Translations under genes and position numbers: made by a program | Shown here: positions 13,171-28,967 of the stretch, piece by piece | How positions within the stretch are numbered: the stretch's first letter is position 1 | How the letters are laid out: every line of letters starts with the position of its first letter | Notes under the pieces: model-generated | What the model was told of the DNA's origin: nothing | What the model saw: only the letters and a program-made list of their open reading frames with translations | Databases searched by the model: none | Assembly (NCBI RefSeq): GCF_003790525.1 | Contig: NZ_CP033635.1 | Reading direction: 5' to 3' (one strand) | Length of the DNA: 64,000 nucleotides | Source: Escherichia coli | GTDB lineage: Bacteria > Pseudomonadota > Gammaproteobacteria > Enterobacterales > Enterobacteriaceae

Positions 13171-14300
13171 AAAACTTCAGCGATCGCTGGCGACAACTGG
13201 ACTGGGACGACATCCGCCTGCGTATCAACGGCAAAACGGCTGCTGACGTAGAGCGGGCGCTAAATGCCTCGCAACTCACCCGCGACGATATGATGGCGCT
13301 GTTATCGCCAGCCGCCATTGGCTATCTGGAACCACTGGCCCAACGGGCGCAGCGTCTGACCCGTCAACGATTTGGCAACACTGTTAGCTTCTACGTCCCG
13401 CTTTATCTTTCCAATCTTTGCGCTAACGACTGCACGTACTGCGGATTCTCTATGAGCAACCGCATCAAGCGCAAAACGCTGGATGAAGCGGATATTGCCA
13501 GGGAAAGCGCCGCTATACGGGAGATGGGCTTTGAACATCTGCTTTTAGTCACTGGTGAACATCAGGCGAAAGTGGGGATGGATTACTTTCGTCGTCATCT
13601 CCCTGCCCTGCGTGAACAGTTCTCTTCACTACAGATGGAAGTGCAACCGCTGGCGGAGACGGAATACGCCGAGTTAAAGCAACTAGGTCTGGATGGCGTG
13701 ATGGTTTATCAGGAGACATATCACGAGGCGACTTATGCCCGCCATCATCTGAAAGGTAAAAAACAGGACTTCTTCTGGCGGCTGGAAACGCCGGATCGGC
13801 TAGGGCATGCGGGGATTGATAAGATAGGCCTCGGCGCGCTAATCGGCCTTTCCGACAACTGGCGAGTTGACTGCTATATGGTTGCCGAACATTTGCTATG
13901 GCTGCAACAACATTACTGGCAAAGCCGCTACTCTGTCTCCTTCCCACGCCTGCGTCCATGTACTGGCGGCATTGAGCCTGCGTCGATTATGGATGAACGC
14001 CAGTTAGTGCAAACCATCTGCGCCTTCCGGCTGCTTGCACCGGAGATTGAACTGTCACTCTCCACGCGGGAATCACCGTGGTTTCGCGATCGCGTTATTC
14101 CGCTGGCAATTAATAACGTCAGCGCTTTTTCGAAAACGCAGCCAGGTGGCTATGCCGACAATCACCCCGAGCTGGAACAGTTCTCACCACACGACGATCG
14201 CAGGCCGGAAGCGGTTGCTGCCGCGTTAACCGCTCAGGGTTTGCAGCCGGTATGGAAAGACTGGGACAGCTATCTGGGACGCGCCTCGCAAAGGCCATGA
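13167..14300 (+). CDS. thiH: 2-iminoacetate synthase ThiH (radical SAM tyrosine lyase)
   Basis: 377 aa ORF with radical-SAM CxxxCxxC motif ([10 protein letters not shown]); overlaps thiG stop. Confidence 0.94.
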   Translation: MKNFSDRWRQLDWDDIRLRINGKTAADVERALNASQLTRDDMMALLSPAAIGYLEPLAQRAQRLTRQRFGNTVSFYVPLYLSNLCANDCTYCGFSMSNRIKRKTLDEADIARESAAIREMGFEHLLLVTGEHQAKVGMDYFRRHLPALREQFSSLQMEVQPLAETEYAELKQLGLDGVMVYQETYHEATYARHHLKGKKQDFFWRLETPDRLGHAGIDKIGLGALIGLSDNWRVDCYMVAEHLLWLQQHYWQSRYSVSFPRLRPCTGGIEPASIMDERQLVQTICAFRLLAPEIELSLSTRESPWFRDRVIPLAINNVSAFSKTQPGGYADNHPELEQFSPHDDRRPEAVAAALTAQGLQPVWKDWDSYLGRASQRP

Positions 14301-14412
14301 GACAGAATGTAAGAACGTAAATTTATTCCGAGCCGCTACGGAAGATGAAAAACGCAAGGTTGTTGAAAGCGTTGTGTTTTTTTATGGTAGTGCCGTCAGC
14401 AGGAATGTTGTC

Positions 14413-14460
14413 CAGGGCGAAAAGCTTCTTCCTCGTTTCGCCCTGCCTTTCTTAATATTT
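14413..14460 (+). terminator. Putative rho-independent terminator downstream of thiH
   Basis: Stem CAGGGCGAAA / TTTCGCCCTG followed by a T-rich tract CCTTTCTTAATATTT. Confidence 0.45.
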
Positions 14461-14493
14461 CCCATGAAGAATTTGCCCTCTGAATAACACCCA

Positions 14494-14522
14494 TAAAAAA
14501 ACCCGCCGAAGCGGGTTTTTAC
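14494..14522 (-). terminator. rpoC (rplKAJL-rpoBC) rho-independent terminator
   Basis: On the minus strand AAACCCGCTTCGGCGGGTTTTTTTAT, a GC stem with U-run, about 20 nt after the rpoC stop. Confidence 0.85.
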
Positions 14523-14541
14523 GTTATTTGCGGATTAACGA

Positions 14542-17500
14542 TTACTCGTTATCAGAACCGCCCAGACCTGCGTTCAGCAGTTCTGCCAGGCTGGCAGATG
14601 CGTCTTCTGCAGTCACCTGCGGTGCAGCCGGAGCTTCACCCGCAGCACGGCGACGCATACGATCCTGGTGGTACGCGTAACCGGTACCTGCCGGGATCAG
14701 ACGACCCACGATAACGTTCTCTTTCAGGCCGCGCAATTCGTCGCGTTTGCCCGCAACGGCTGCTTCGGTCAGCACGCGAGTGGTCTCCTGGAACGATGCC
14801 GCGGAGATGAAGGACTCGGTTGCCAGAGACGCTTTGGTGATACCCAGCAGATCGCGGGAGTAAGTTGCCCCCACTTTGCCGTTCGCTTCCAGTTCGCGGT
14901 TTGCGATCTTGACGCGAGAGTATTCAACCTGTTCACCTTCCAGGAAGTCGGAGCTGCCCGCGTTAACGATGGTAGCTTTACGCAGCATCTGACGAACGAT
15001 AACTTCGATGTGTTTATCGTTAATCTTAACGCCCTGCAGACGGTATACGTCCTGTACTTCGTTAACGATGTAACGAGTAACAGCATGAACACCACGCAGA
15101 CGCAGAATGTCGTGCGGCGCTTCCGGACCGTCGGAAATTACGTCACCACGTTCTACACGTTCACCTTCGAACACGTTGAGCTGACGCCATTTCGGAATCA
15201 TCTCTTCGTACGGATCGCTACCGTCTACCGGGGTGATAACCAGACGACGTTTACCTTTGGTTTCTTTACCGAAGGAAACGATACCGCTGATTTCAGCCAG
15301 GATTGCCGGCTCTTTCGGACGACGTGCTTCGAACAGGTCCGCAACGCGCGGCAGACCACCGGTGATGTCCTTGGTACCGCCGGATTCCTGCGGAATACGC
15401 GCCAGGGTGTCACCAGAGCTGATCTGTACGCCATCTTCCAGCTGAACAATCGCTTTACCCGGCAGGAAGTACTGCGCAGGCATATCGGTACCCGGGATCA
15501 GAACGTCGTTACCCTGAGCATCAACGATTTTCAGTGCCGGACGCAGATCTTTACCACCTGCGGTACGTTCTGCGGAATCCAGAACCACCAGCGAAGACAG
15601 ACCGGTCAATTCGTCGGTCTGACGAGTAATGGTCTGGCCGTCGATCATGTCAGTAAAGCGTACAAAACCGCTTACTTCGGTGATAACCGGCATGGTGTGC
15701 GGGTCCCAGTTTGCAACGGTTTCGCCGCCAGCAACCTGTTCGCCATCGCCTTTCGCCAGTACCGCACCGTAAGGTACTTTGTAGCTTTCTTTGGTACGAC
15801 CGAATTCGTCGATCAGTTTCAGTTCGGTGTTACGGGAAGTGATAACCAGTTTACCGCTGGAGTTCACAACCGACTTCACGTTGCTGAGCTTGATGCTACC
15901 TTTGTTTTTCACCTGGATGCTGGATTCAGCAGCCGCACGAGATGCCGCACCACCGATGTGGAACGTACGCATGGTCAGCTGTGTACCCGGTTCACCGATG
16001 GACTGTGCCGCGATTACACCGATTGCTTCACCTTTGTTGATGAGGTGGCCACGCGCCAGGTCACGACCGTAGCAGTGCGCACATACACCAAAGTCGGTGT
16101 CACAAGATACAACAGAACGTACTTTAACCGCGTCGACAGAGTTCTCTTCCAGCAGGTCACACCACTGTTCGTGCAGCAGCGTGTTGCGCGGAACGAGGAT
16201 ATCAGCAGTACCCGGCTTCAGAACGTCTTCAGCAGTTACACGACCCAATACGCGATCGCGCAGCGGCTCTTTAACGTCACCACCCTCGATAACCGGAGTC
16301 ATCATGATACCTTCATGGGTACCACAATCGTCTTCGGTAACCACCAGGTCCTGCGCCACGTCAACCAGACGACGAGTCAGGTAACCGGAGTTCGCCGTTT
16401 TCAGTGCGGTATCCGCCAGACCTTTACGAGCACCGTGGGTGGAGATGAAGTACTGGAGTACGTTCAGACCTTCACGGAAGTTCGCGGTGATTGGCGTTTC
16501 GATGATGGAGCCATCCGGCTTCGCCATCAGACCACGCATACCCGCCAGCTGACGAATCTGTGCCGCAGAACCACGCGCACCGGAGTCGGCCATCATGTAG
16601 ATGCTGTTGAAGGAAACCTGCTTCTCTTCCTGACCGTCACGGTTAATAACGGTTTCAGTTTGCAGGTTATCCATCATCGCTTTGGATACACGATCGTTCG
16701 CCGCAGCCCAGATATCGATAACTTTGTTGTAGCGTTCGCCCGCAGTTACCAGACCAGACTGGAACTGCTCCTGAATTTCAGCAACTTCTGCTTCTGCCTC
16801 GGAGATGATTTCGTGTTTCTTCTCCGGGATGACCATGTCATCGATACCAACAGATGCACCAGAACGCGCTGCATAGGCAAAGCCGGTATACATGATCTGG
16901 TCCGCAAAAATAACGGTCGGTTTCAGACCGAGAATGCGGTAGCAGGTGTTCAGCATTTTGGAGATTGCTTTTTTACCCAGCGCCTGGTTGACGATGGTGT
17001 AAGGCAGACCTTTCGGTACAATCATCCACAGAATGGCACGGCCAACAGTCGTGTCTTTCAGGCTGGTTTTCGCCACTAATTCACCGTTAGCATCTTTTTC
17101 ATACTCGGTGATACGCACTTTAACGCGCGCATGCAGAGAAGCCAGACCAGAGCGATACAGACGTTCTGCTTCTTTCGGGCCAGTCAGCACCATGCCTTCG
17201 CCTTTGGCGTTAACACAGTCGCGGGTCATGTAGTACAGACCCAGTACAACGTCCTGAGACGGAACGATGATTGGTTCGCCGTTTGCCGGGGACAGGATGT
17301 TGTTGGTAGACATCATCAGCGCACGCGCTTCCAGCTGGGCTTCCAGCGTCAGCGGTACGTGAACAGCCATCTGGTCACCATCGAAGTCGGCGTTATATGC
17401 CGCACAAACCAGCGGGTGCAGCTGGATAGCTTTACCTTCGATCAGTACCGGTTCAAATGCCTGGATACCCAGACGGTGCAGAGTCGGTGCACGGTTCAGC

Positions 17501-18765
17501 AGTACCGGGTGTTCGCGGATAACTTCGTCCAGGATATCCCAAACGACAGCTTCTTCGCGCTCAACCATTTTCTTCGCAGCTTTAATGGTGGTAGCAAGAC
17601 CACGCAGTTCCAGCTTGCCGTAGATGAACGGTTTGAACAGCTCCAGTGCCATTTTCTTCGGCAGACCGCACTGATGCAGACGCAGGTATGGACCTACGGT
17701 GATTACAGAACGACCGGAGTAGTCAACACGCTTACCGAGCAGGTTCTGACGGAAACGACCCTGTTTACCTTTGATCATGTCGGCCAAAGATTTCAGAGGA
17801 CGCTTGTTAGAACCGGTGATTGCACGACCGCGACGACCGTTATCCAGCAGGGCGTCTACCGCTTCCTGCAGCATACGTTTTTCGTTACGTACGATGATGT
17901 CCGGCGCAGCCAGATCCAGCAGACGTTTCAGACGGTTGTTACGGTTAATGACGCGACGATACAGATCGTTCAGGTCAGAAGTCGCGAAACGACCACCATC
18001 CAGCGGAACCAGCGGACGCAGATCTGGCGGCAGTACCGGCAGAACGGTCAGGATCATCCACTCTGGTTTGTTACCAGACTGAACGAACGCTTCCAGCAGT
18101 TTGATACGCTTGGTCAGCTTTTTACGCTTGGTTTCGGAGTTGGTTTCGTTCAGCTCTTCACGCAGCTGTTCGCACTCTTGCTCCAGATCCATGCTCTTCA
18201 GCAGGGCCTGGATTGCTTCCGCACCCATCTTCGCGTCGAATTCGTCACCGAACTCTTCCAGCGCGTCCAGATACTGCTCTTCAGTCAGGATCTGCTGACG
18301 CTCCAGGTTGGTCATACCGCCTTCGATAACCACATAGGATTCGAAGTACAGTACGCGTTCGATATCGCGCAGCGGCATATCGAGCAGCAGGCCGATACGG
18401 GACGGCAGCGATTTCAGGAACCAGATGTGCGCAGTCGGGGAAGCCAGTTCGATGTGGCCCATACGCTCACGGCGTACTTTAGTCTGGGTCACTTCAACAC
18501 CGCACTTCTCACAGATGACGCCACGGTGTTTCAGGCGCTTGTACTTACCGCACAGGCACTCGTAATCTTTTACCGGCCCAAAGATACGGGCGCAGAAAAG
18601 GCCGTCACGTTCTGGTTTGAACGTACGGTAGTTGATGGTTTCCGGCTTTTTAACTTCACCGAAAGACCATGAACGGATCATGTCTGGCGAAGCCAGAGCA
18701 ATTTTGATCGCATCAAACTCTTCGGTTTTAGTCTGCGCTTTCAGAAACTTTAATAAATCTTTCAC
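14542..18765 (-). CDS. rpoC: DNA-directed RNA polymerase subunit beta'
   Basis: 1407 aa ORF; [33 protein letters not shown]..., zinc-binding Cys motifs and NADFDGD catalytic motif. Confidence 0.99.
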   Translation of the reverse strand: MKDLLKFLKAQTKTEEFDAIKIALASPDMIRSWSFGEVKKPETINYRTFKPERDGLFCARIFGPVKDYECLCGKYKRLKHRGVICEKCGVEVTQTKVRRERMGHIELASPTAHIWFLKSLPSRIGLLLDMPLRDIERVLYFESYVVIEGGMTNLERQQILTEEQYLDALEEFGDEFDAKMGAEAIQALLKSMDLEQECEQLREELNETNSETKRKKLTKRIKLLEAFVQSGNKPEWMILTVLPVLPPDLRPLVPLDGGRFATSDLNDLYRRVINRNNRLKRLLDLAAPDIIVRNEKRMLQEAVDALLDNGRRGRAITGSNKRPLKSLADMIKGKQGRFRQNLLGKRVDYSGRSVITVGPYLRLHQCGLPKKMALELFKPFIYGKLELRGLATTIKAAKKMVEREEAVVWDILDEVIREHPVLLNRAPTLHRLGIQAFEPVLIEGKAIQLHPLVCAAYNADFDGDQMAVHVPLTLEAQLEARALMMSTNNILSPANGEPIIVPSQDVVLGLYYMTRDCVNAKGEGMVLTGPKEAERLYRSGLASLHARVKVRITEYEKDANGELVAKTSLKDTTVGRAILWMIVPKGLPYTIVNQALGKKAISKMLNTCYRILGLKPTVIFADQIMYTGFAYAARSGASVGIDDMVIPEKKHEIISEAEAEVAEIQEQFQSGLVTAGERYNKVIDIWAAANDRVSKAMMDNLQTETVINRDGQEEKQVSFNSIYMMADSGARGSAAQIRQLAGMRGLMAKPDGSIIETPITANFREGLNVLQYFISTHGARKGLADTALKTANSGYLTRRLVDVAQDLVVTEDDCGTHEGIMMTPVIEGGDVKEPLRDRVLGRVTAEDVLKPGTADILVPRNTLLHEQWCDLLEENSVDAVKVRSVVSCDTDFGVCAHCYGRDLARGHLINKGEAIGVIAAQSIGEPGTQLTMRTFHIGGAASRAAAESSIQVKNKGSIKLSNVKSVVNSSGKLVITSRNTELKLIDEFGRTKESYKVPYGAVLAKGDGEQVAGGETVANWDPHTMPVITEVSGFVRFTDMIDGQTITRQTDELTGLSSLVVLDSAERTAGGKDLRPALKIVDAQGNDVLIPGTDMPAQYFLPGKAIVQLEDGVQISSGDTLARIPQESGGTKDITGGLPRVADLFEARRPKEPAILAEISGIVSFGKETKGKRRLVITPVDGSDPYEEMIPKWRQLNVFEGERVERGDVISDGPEAPHDILRLRGVHAVTRYIVNEVQDVYRLQGVKINDKHIEVIVRQMLRKATIVNAGSSDFLEGEQVEYSRVKIANRELEANGKVGATYSRDLLGITKASLATESFISAASFQETTRVLTEAAVAGKRDELRGLKENVIVGRLIPAGTGYAYHQDRMRRRAAGEAPAAPQVTAEDASASLAELLNAGLGGSDNE

Positions 18766-18841
18766 GGATTTGCTCCCGTCGGAGTTAGCACAATCCGCTG
18801 CCGGGTTTTACCCCGACAGCAGTGACCTGTTTGAGCGAGAA

Positions 18842-21800
18842 TTACTCGTCTTCCAGTTCGATGTTGATACCCAGCGAACGAATCTCTTTCAACAATACGT
18901 TGAAGGATTCTGGCATGCCCGGCTCCATCTGATGGTTGCCGTCCACGATGTTTTTATACATCTTAGTACGACCGTTCACGTCATCAGACTTAACGGTGAG
19001 CATTTCCTGCAGGGTGTATGCTGCGCCGTATGCTTCCAGCGCCCACACTTCCATCTCCCCGAAACGCTGACCACCGAACTGTGCCTTACCACCCAGCGGC
19101 TGCTGAGTAACCAGGCTGTAAGAACCGGTGGAACGCGCGTGCATCTTGTCGTCGACCAGGTGGTTCAGTTTCAGCATGTACATGTAACCAACGGTTACCG
19201 GACGCTCGAACTGTTCACCAGTGCGGCCGTCGTACAGGCGGATCTGACCAGAAGTCGGCAGGTCGCCAAGTTTCAGCAGCTCTTTAATTTCTGCTTCTTT
19301 CGCACCGTCGAAGACCGGCGTTGCGATTGGCATACCTTTGCGCAGGTTTTCAGCCAGACGCATAACTTCTTCATCGCTGAAGGTACTCAGGTCAACTTTC
19401 TGACGAACGTCAGCGCCCAGATCGTACGCACGCTGGATGAATTCGCGCAGTTTCGCGACTTCTTGCTGCTGTTTCAGCATGGCGTTGATCTTGTCGCCGA
19501 TACCTTTCGCAGCCATACCCAGGTGGGTTTCGAGGATCTGACCGATGTTCATACGAGACGGTACGCCCAGCGGGTTCAGTACGATGTCTACCGGCGTACC
19601 GTTTTCATCGTAAGGCATATCTTCGATCGGGTTGATCTTAGAAATTACACCCTTGTTACCGTGACGACCTGCCATCTTGTCACCAGGCTGGATACGGCGT
19701 TTAACCGCCAGATATACTTTAACAATCTTCAGCACGCCCGGTGCCAGATCGTCGCCCTGGGTGATTTTGCGGCGTTTCGCTTCGAGTTTCTTCTCGAACT
19801 CGTGTTTCAGTTCGTCATACTGCTCAGCCAGCTGTTCCAGCTGATTTTGTTTCTCTTCGTCGGTCAGGCCCAGCTCCAGCCAGCGATCGCGCGGCAGTTT
19901 GTCGAGCTTCTCAGCTTCAACGCCACCGGCTACCAGCACAGCACGGATACGGCTGAACAGACCCGCTTCGAGGATCTGCAGTTCTTCAGACAGGTCTTTC
20001 TTCGCCTGTTTGAGCTGCATTTCTTCGATTTCCAGCGCACGTTTGTCTTTTTCTACGCCATCGCGAGTAAAGACCTGAACGTCGATAACCGTACCGGATA
20101 CACCGTTTGGTACGCGCAGAGAAGAGTCTTTAACGTCAGACGCTTTCTCACCGAAGATCGCACGCAGCAGTTTTTCTTCTGGGGTCAGCTGAGTTTCGCC
20201 TTTCGGCGTAACCTTACCAACCAGAATGTCGCCACCGGTCACTTCCGCACCAATGTAAACGATACCGGATTCATCCAGTTTGGAGAGCGCAGCTTCACCC
20301 ACGTTCGGGATGTCAGCGGTGATCTCTTCCGGCCCCAGCTTGGTGTCACGGGACACACACGCCAGTTCCTGAATGTGGATGGTGGTGAAACGGTCTTCCT
20401 GAACAACACGCTCGGATACGAGGATGGAGTCTTCGAAGTTGTAACCATTCCACGGCATGAACGCTACGCGCATGTTCTGACCAAGCGCCAGTTCACCGAG
20501 GTCGGTGGACGGACCATCTGCCAGCACGTCGCCACGCTCTACCGGTTCCCCCAGAGACACACACGGCATCTGGTTGATACAAGTGTTCTGGTTAGAACGG
20601 GTGTATTTGGTCAGGTTGTAGATGTCGATACCTGCTTCACCCGGATACATCTCGTCTTCGTTAACTTTGATAACGATACGGGAAGCATCCACGTACTGAA
20701 CGACACCACCACGTTTAGCAACCGCAGTTACACCGGAGTCAACGGCAACAGCACGTTCCATACCCGTACCAACCAGCGGCTTATCAGCGCGCAGAGTCGG
20801 AACGGCCTGACGTTGCATGTTCGCACCCATCAATGCACGGTTGGCGTCATCGTGTTCCAGGAACGGGATCAGGGACGCACCGACGGATACCACCTGCTGG
20901 GTGGATACGTCCATGTAGTCAACCTGGTCACGGCTGAACAAGCTGGATTCGCCTTTGCTACGGCAAGTTACCAGGTCTTCTACGAAGTGGCCTTCTTCAT
21001 CCAGGTTGGAGTTCGCCTGGGCGATAACGTAGTTGCCTTCTTCGATAGCAGACAGGTAGTGAATTTCGTCAGTTACAACACCGTCGGTCACTTTACGATA
21101 CGGAGTCTCAAGGAAGCCGTATTCGTTAGTCTGTGCGTACACGGACAGAGAGTTGATCAGACCGATGTTCGGACCTTCAGGGGTTTCGATTGGACATACG
21201 CGACCGTAGTGAGTCGGGTGTACGTCTCGAACTTCGAAGCCTGCACGTTCACGGGTCAGACCACCCGGGCCGAGTGCGGAGATACGACGTTTGTGCGTAA
21301 TCTCAGACAGCGGGTTGTTCTGGTCCATAAACTGAGACAGCTGGCTGGAACCGAAGAACTCTTTCACTGCTGCAGAAATCGGCTTGGCGTTGATCATATC
21401 CTGAGGCATCAGGGTATCCAGATCGCCCAGAGACAGACGCTCTTTCACCGCACGCTCTACACGCACCAGGCCAACGCGGAACTGGTTTTCCGCCATTTCG
21501 CCAACAGAACGGATACGACGGTTGCCGAGGTGGTCGATATCATCGACTTCGCCTTTACCGTTACGGATATCGATGAGCTTTTTCATAACATCAATGATGT
21601 CGTCTTTGCTCAGGATACCGGAACCTTCGATTTCTTCGCGCAGCAGAGAACGGTTGAACTTCATACGACCAACCGCAGACAAGTCATAGCGGTCTTCGGA
21701 GAAGAACAGGTTCTCGAACAGGCTTTCAGCAGCTTCACGAGTCGGCGGCTCGCCAGGGCGCATCATACGGTAGATTTCTACCAGTGCGCTCAGACGGTCG

Positions 21801-22870
21801 TTAGTTGGGTCGACACGTAAGGTTTCAGAGATATATGGGCCGTGATCCAGGTCGTTGGTGAACAGCGTTTCGATACGCTTGTGACCAGACTGGCTCAGCT
21901 TAGCCAGCAGATCCAGGCTCAGCTCCATGTTCGCTGCGCAGATCAGCTCGCCGGTAGACTCATCAATATAGTCTTTAGCAACCACTTTACCTGCGATGTA
22001 CTCAACCGGGACTTCGATCAGTTTGACGTCGTCTTTTTCCAGCTGGCGAATATGGCGCGCAGTAATACGGCGGCCTTTTTCTACGTACACTTTACCGTTA
22101 GCTTCGATGTCAAAAGATGCGGTTTCACCACGCAGGCGTTCCGGCACCAGTTCCATCTGCAGCTTGTTATCACGGATTTCAAAGATAACTTTTTCAAAGA
22201 ACAGGTCGAGGATCTGCTCTGTGGTATAGTTCAGGGCGCGCAGAATGATGGTCGCAGGCAGTTTACGGCGACGGTCGATACGTACGAACAGGTTGTCCTT
22301 CGGATCGAATTCGAAGTCCAGCCAGGAACCACGGTAAGGGATGATGCGCGCGTTATACAGCACTTTACCCGAAGAGTGGGTTTTACCTTTGTCGGAGTCA
22401 AAGAAGACGCCCGGACTACGGTGCAGCTGGGAAACGATAACACGCTCAGTACCGTTGATAACAAAGGTACCGTTGTCTGTCATGAGCGGAATTTCGCCCA
22501 TGTAGACTTCTTGTTCTTTAATGTCTTTTACGGTGCCTTCCGGCGCTTCGCGCTCATAGATCACCAGACGCAGTTTAACGCGCAGCGGTGCGGAATAGGT
22601 CACGCCACGGATTTGACATTCCTGGACGTCAAACACCGGTTCGCCAAGGCGGTAGCTGACGTATTGCAGCTCGGAATTACCGCTGTAGCTCTGAATCGGG
22701 AATACGGAACGGAAAGCAGCTTCCAGACCATACTGCCCTTCAGGATCTTGCTCGATAAATTTCTGAAACGAGTCAAGCTGGATAGAAAGGAGATAAGGTA
22801 CATCCAGAACTTGTGGACGTTTACCAAAATCCTTACGAATACGTTTTTTCTCGGTATAGGAGTAAACCAT
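18842..22870 (-). CDS. rpoB: DNA-directed RNA polymerase subunit beta
   Basis: Start placed at [35 protein letters not shown] (1342 aa); the ORF track extends 11 codons further upstream. Confidence 0.98.
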
Positions 22871-23115
22871 AGGGTTCCTCAGCTCGCTGACAAGTCGACC
22901 CATCTGTCCATTGAGCGGACAGTTTGTGCAACACTATTTTGTTGACCGGAAAATGGAACACTTTCCGCAATGCCTGTTGCTATCACGCTTAAACCATTTC
23001 ATTGCGATTTACACAGAACGGACGTCCTGTCGCAGTATATTAAGTCGTCGATAGAAACAAGCATTGAAAGGCACAGCAGTAGTCAAACAGTGTGAAACGC
23101 TACTGGCGCCTTACA

Positions 23116-23150
23116 GCGCAAAAAGGCTGGTGACTAAAAAGTCACCAGCC
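23116..23150 (-). terminator. rplL-rpoB intercistronic attenuator (partial terminator)
   Basis: Minus-strand hairpin GGCTGGTGAC-TTTTTA-GTCACCAGCC followed by TTTTTG, 40-75 nt downstream of rplL. Confidence 0.8.
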
Positions 23151-23189
23151 ATCAGCCTGATTTCTCAGGCTGCAACCGGAAGGGTTGGC

Positions 23190-23555
<366 letters not shown>

Positions 23556-23621
23556 TTAAATTGTTCCTGAATATCAGAATAAGTTTATACGTAAGCGGAT
23601 GCGTTAAAAAGATAACTGCGA

Positions 23622-24119
23622 TTAAGCAGCTTCTTTCGCATCGCGTACAGCAGCCAGAGTACGAACCAGTTTGCCAGCCGAAGCTTCTTTCATGGTTGCC
23701 ATCAGGCGTGCAATTGCTTCTTCGTAGGTCGGCAGAGTTGCCAGGCGGTCGATCTGAGACGCCGGGATCAGCTCACCTTCAAAGGCAGCGGCTTTGACCT
23801 CAAATTTTGCATTCGCTTTCGCGAACTCTTTGAACAGACGAGCAGCAGCGCCCGGGTGTTCCATAGAGTATGCAATCAGGGTCGGACCAACAAACGCGTC
23901 TTTCAGGCACTCGAACGGAGTACCTTCAACAGCACGGCGCAGCAGGGTGTTACGAACAACACGCATGTATACGCCAGCTTCGCGACCTGCTTTACGCAGT
24001 TCAGTCATTTTATCTACAGTTACGCCACGGGAATCCGCAACTACTGCAGACAGCGCGCCTTTGGCTACTTCGCTGACTTCAGCAACAATCGCTTGTTTGT
24101 CTTGAAGATTTAAAGCCAT
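23622..24119 (-). CDS. rplJ: 50S ribosomal protein L10
   Basis: 165 aa [60 protein letters not shown]... Confidence 0.99.
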
Positions 24120-24377
24120 TAGCTTTGCTCCTGGATGTTTGCCAGAGAAAATCTCTGGAACTCACTTCACTCCTCCAAACGGAGAGAGCGTCTTAATTAC
24201 GGTGAGCAGAAACAAGCCAGAATATAAAAGAATAATCTTAGCGTTCTGTCACCGTCTACGCAGGGGATTAAGTTTCTTGCGAAACTCCTGCGGTCTTCGA
24301 CGGAGGCCTGGATAGGCCAGGCTCCAACGAACAAATCTTTTTAGCTGCTAACTTTCGTTAGCATACGTGGGGGTAAG
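24120..24377 (-). promoter_or_regulatory. rplJ (L10) mRNA leader, site of L10-(L12)4 autogenous translational control
   Basis: Untranslated region between the candidate PL10 promoter and the rplJ ATG; contains GC-rich hairpins such as GGCCTATCCAGGCC. Confidence 0.7.
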
Positions 24378-24406
24378 ATTGTAGACAAAATCACCGCCCA
24401 CGTAAA
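24378..24406 (-). promoter_or_regulatory. Candidate PL10 promoter
   Basis: Minus-strand TTTACG-17 nt-TACAAT immediately downstream of the rplA stop; the overlapping TTGTCT-17-TATGCT is an alternative. Confidence 0.5.
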
Positions 24407-24410
24407 GGCA

Positions 24411-25674
<1,264 letters not shown>

Positions 25675-25705
25675 CGATTAAATCGCCGCTTTTTTGATCG
25701 CTGGG

Positions 25706-26251
25706 TTAGGCTTTTTCAACCTGGCTGAAGTCCAGCTCTACCGGGGTCGCACGACCGAAGATAGAAACAGACACTTTCAGACGAGATTTCTCGTAATCCA
25801 CTTCTTCAACAACACCGTTGAAGTCAGCGAACGGACCATCATTAACACGGACCATTTCACCCGGTTCAAACAGCGTTTTCGGACGCGGCTTATCACCAAC
25901 CTGCTGCAGGCGGTTCATAATCGCATCGACTTCTTTATCGCTGATTGGTGCAGGACGATCGGAAGTACCGCCGATGAAGCCCATCACACGCGGTACGCTG
26001 CGCACCAGGTGCCAGCTCGCGTCGTTCATCACCATCTGAACGAGGACGTAGCCAGGGAAGAATTTACGTTCGCTTTTGCGACGCTGACCGCCACGGATTT
26101 CAACCACTTCTTCGGTTGGTACCATGACTTCACCAAACAAATCTTCCATGTTGTGTAATTTGATATGCTCACGCAGCGACGTTGCTACGCGGCCTTCAAA
26201 ACCGGAAAACGCCTGAACGACGTACCAGCGCTTTTTAGGAGCTTCAGACAT
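25706..26251 (-). CDS. nusG: Transcription termination/antitermination factor NusG
   Basis: 181 aa [71 protein letters not shown]... Confidence 0.98.
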
Positions 26252-26252
26252 C

Positions 26253-26636
26253 TCAGAACCTCAGGCCAGTGATAAAGGATACCAGGCGAACCAGAATACC
26301 ATCCAGTCCCCACAGGATCAGTGACATTACTGCGGTAACCGCAGCCACAATCAGCGTGGTGTGCAATGTTTCCTGGCGAGTCGGCCAAATGACCTTACGG
26401 ACTTCGGTACGCGCTTCACGGGCAAAAGCAACGGTAGCTTTACCTTTTGTCGTTAACAGCGCGACACCACCCGCTGCAGCAATCAGAATTACTACGGCCA
26501 GCGCACGCAGCGGCAGCATAATGTCGCGATAAAGATAGTTGCCGACAATCGCCACCAGGAGCAATGCCACCACAACGACCCACTTCATCGCTTCCAGGCC
26601 GCGCCCGCTTCCTTGAGCTTCGGTATTCGCACTCAT
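26253..26636 (-). CDS. secE: Preprotein translocase subunit SecE
   Basis: 127 aa membrane protein; stop 1 nt before the nusG start. Confidence 0.97.
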
Positions 26637-26804
26637 AAACCAACCTGTCAGAAGTTTTCTACAAACATTTTCACCCCGCGATCGCGAGGCAAACCAAATC
26701 GAAACGCGTATTAGCTTTTCGGATTATACGCCCTCAACAGAGCCTGTCTCAGCAATGATTATGACAAAGAAAATCACTGATGAGCCAGGTTCTGGTACGA
26801 AAGC

Positions 26805-26836
26805 GTGCAAAAAGGGCATCAAATGATGCCCTTTTA
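26805..26836 (-). terminator. tufB rho-independent terminator
   Basis: Minus-strand AAAAGGGCATCATTTGATGCCCTTTTTGCA hairpin with U-run, 30-60 nt after the tufB stop. Confidence 0.75.
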
Positions 26837-26865
26837 GTGCGCATTGCGTCAAATGTTATCGGCAA

Positions 26866-28086
<1,221 letters not shown>

Positions 28087-28164
28087 TCACCACATCAACC
28101 AGGCAACATGCCCGACTTGTTGAATGCAATAAACAGAAGGAAAAAACAGGGAGGAGAAAAGAAG

Positions 28165-28240
28165 TGGTGCTGATAGGCAGATTCGAACTGCCGACCTCAC
28201 CCTTACCAAGGGTGCGCTCTACCAACTGAGCTATATCAGC
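28165..28240 (-). tRNA. thrT: tRNA-Thr
   Basis: Reverse complement GCTGATATAGCTCAGTTGGTAGAGCGCACCCTTGGTAAGGGTGAGGTCGGCAGTTCGAATCTGCCTATCAGCACCA; cloverleaf with encoded CCA. Confidence 0.95.
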
Positions 28241-28246
28241 ACATCT

Positions 28247-28321
<75 letters not shown>

Positions 28322-28437
28322 ATCCTGGAACTCGGCTACCTGATTTTCATTCTGCACTGAATATCGAGAGAAGCTCTCTTTATTCGAGCCGGTAAGCGAA
28401 CTTATCGTCTCGGGCTACGCCATCGCGTGGCCGAAAT

Positions 28438-28522
<85 letters not shown>

Positions 28523-28530
28523 GGACTTGA

Positions 28531-28606
<76 letters not shown>

Positions 28607-28967
28607 ATCAAGTAGCGCGCATTCTATGGAGACATGCGAGTTCATGCAACTAAAAAATTGCATAATTTGTTTTATTGGTCACATTTTATGCGACACGATG
28701 AAGAAACAGCCGAACGGAGGGCAGATTAGCACACTTTTTCAACATCATTGTGCTCAACAATGCGCTCCTGCTAAACCATAATTCTTTTTATCAGATGGAA
28801 TATCTGTCACATTGCTTTTCAACGATAGCTTCCTGGGAGAGATTTTTTCTTATTATTCCTCCCCATCTGGTGTTACCCTCCTGCCCATTAACCCATTCAA
28901 CAGAACTGTGACGCGCCATGGCAAATATCGCTTTGCCGATAGAGCTATGACCGCCAGAAACATGCTT

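Noticed and set aside
14668-18672. 803-aa and 513-aa plus-strand ORFs antisense to rpoC
   Set aside because: Same codon-bias artefact as the rpoB shadow ORF; no independent coding signal.
18632-21820. 1062-aa ORF on the plus strand, antisense to rpoB
   Set aside because: Codon-aligned shadow ORF: highly expressed genes avoid TTA, CTA and TCA codons, whose complements are stop codons, so the antisense frame stays open. The translation is low-complexity (rich in F, V, T, Q, R), has no start context and is wholly contained in rpoB.
21842-22945. 367-aa plus-strand ORF antisense to the rpoB 5' region
   Set aside because: Shadow ORF antisense to rpoB; no ribosome-binding site; low-complexity translation.
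28607-28967. 361-bp coaA-thrU divergent spacer as a possible site of an unannotated small gene or sRNA
   Set aside because: Size is close to the K-12 spacer and it holds the expected divergent promoters (the thrU-tufB operon promoter with A/T-rich upstream region); no ORF with a credible start and no terminator-bounded unit was seen.
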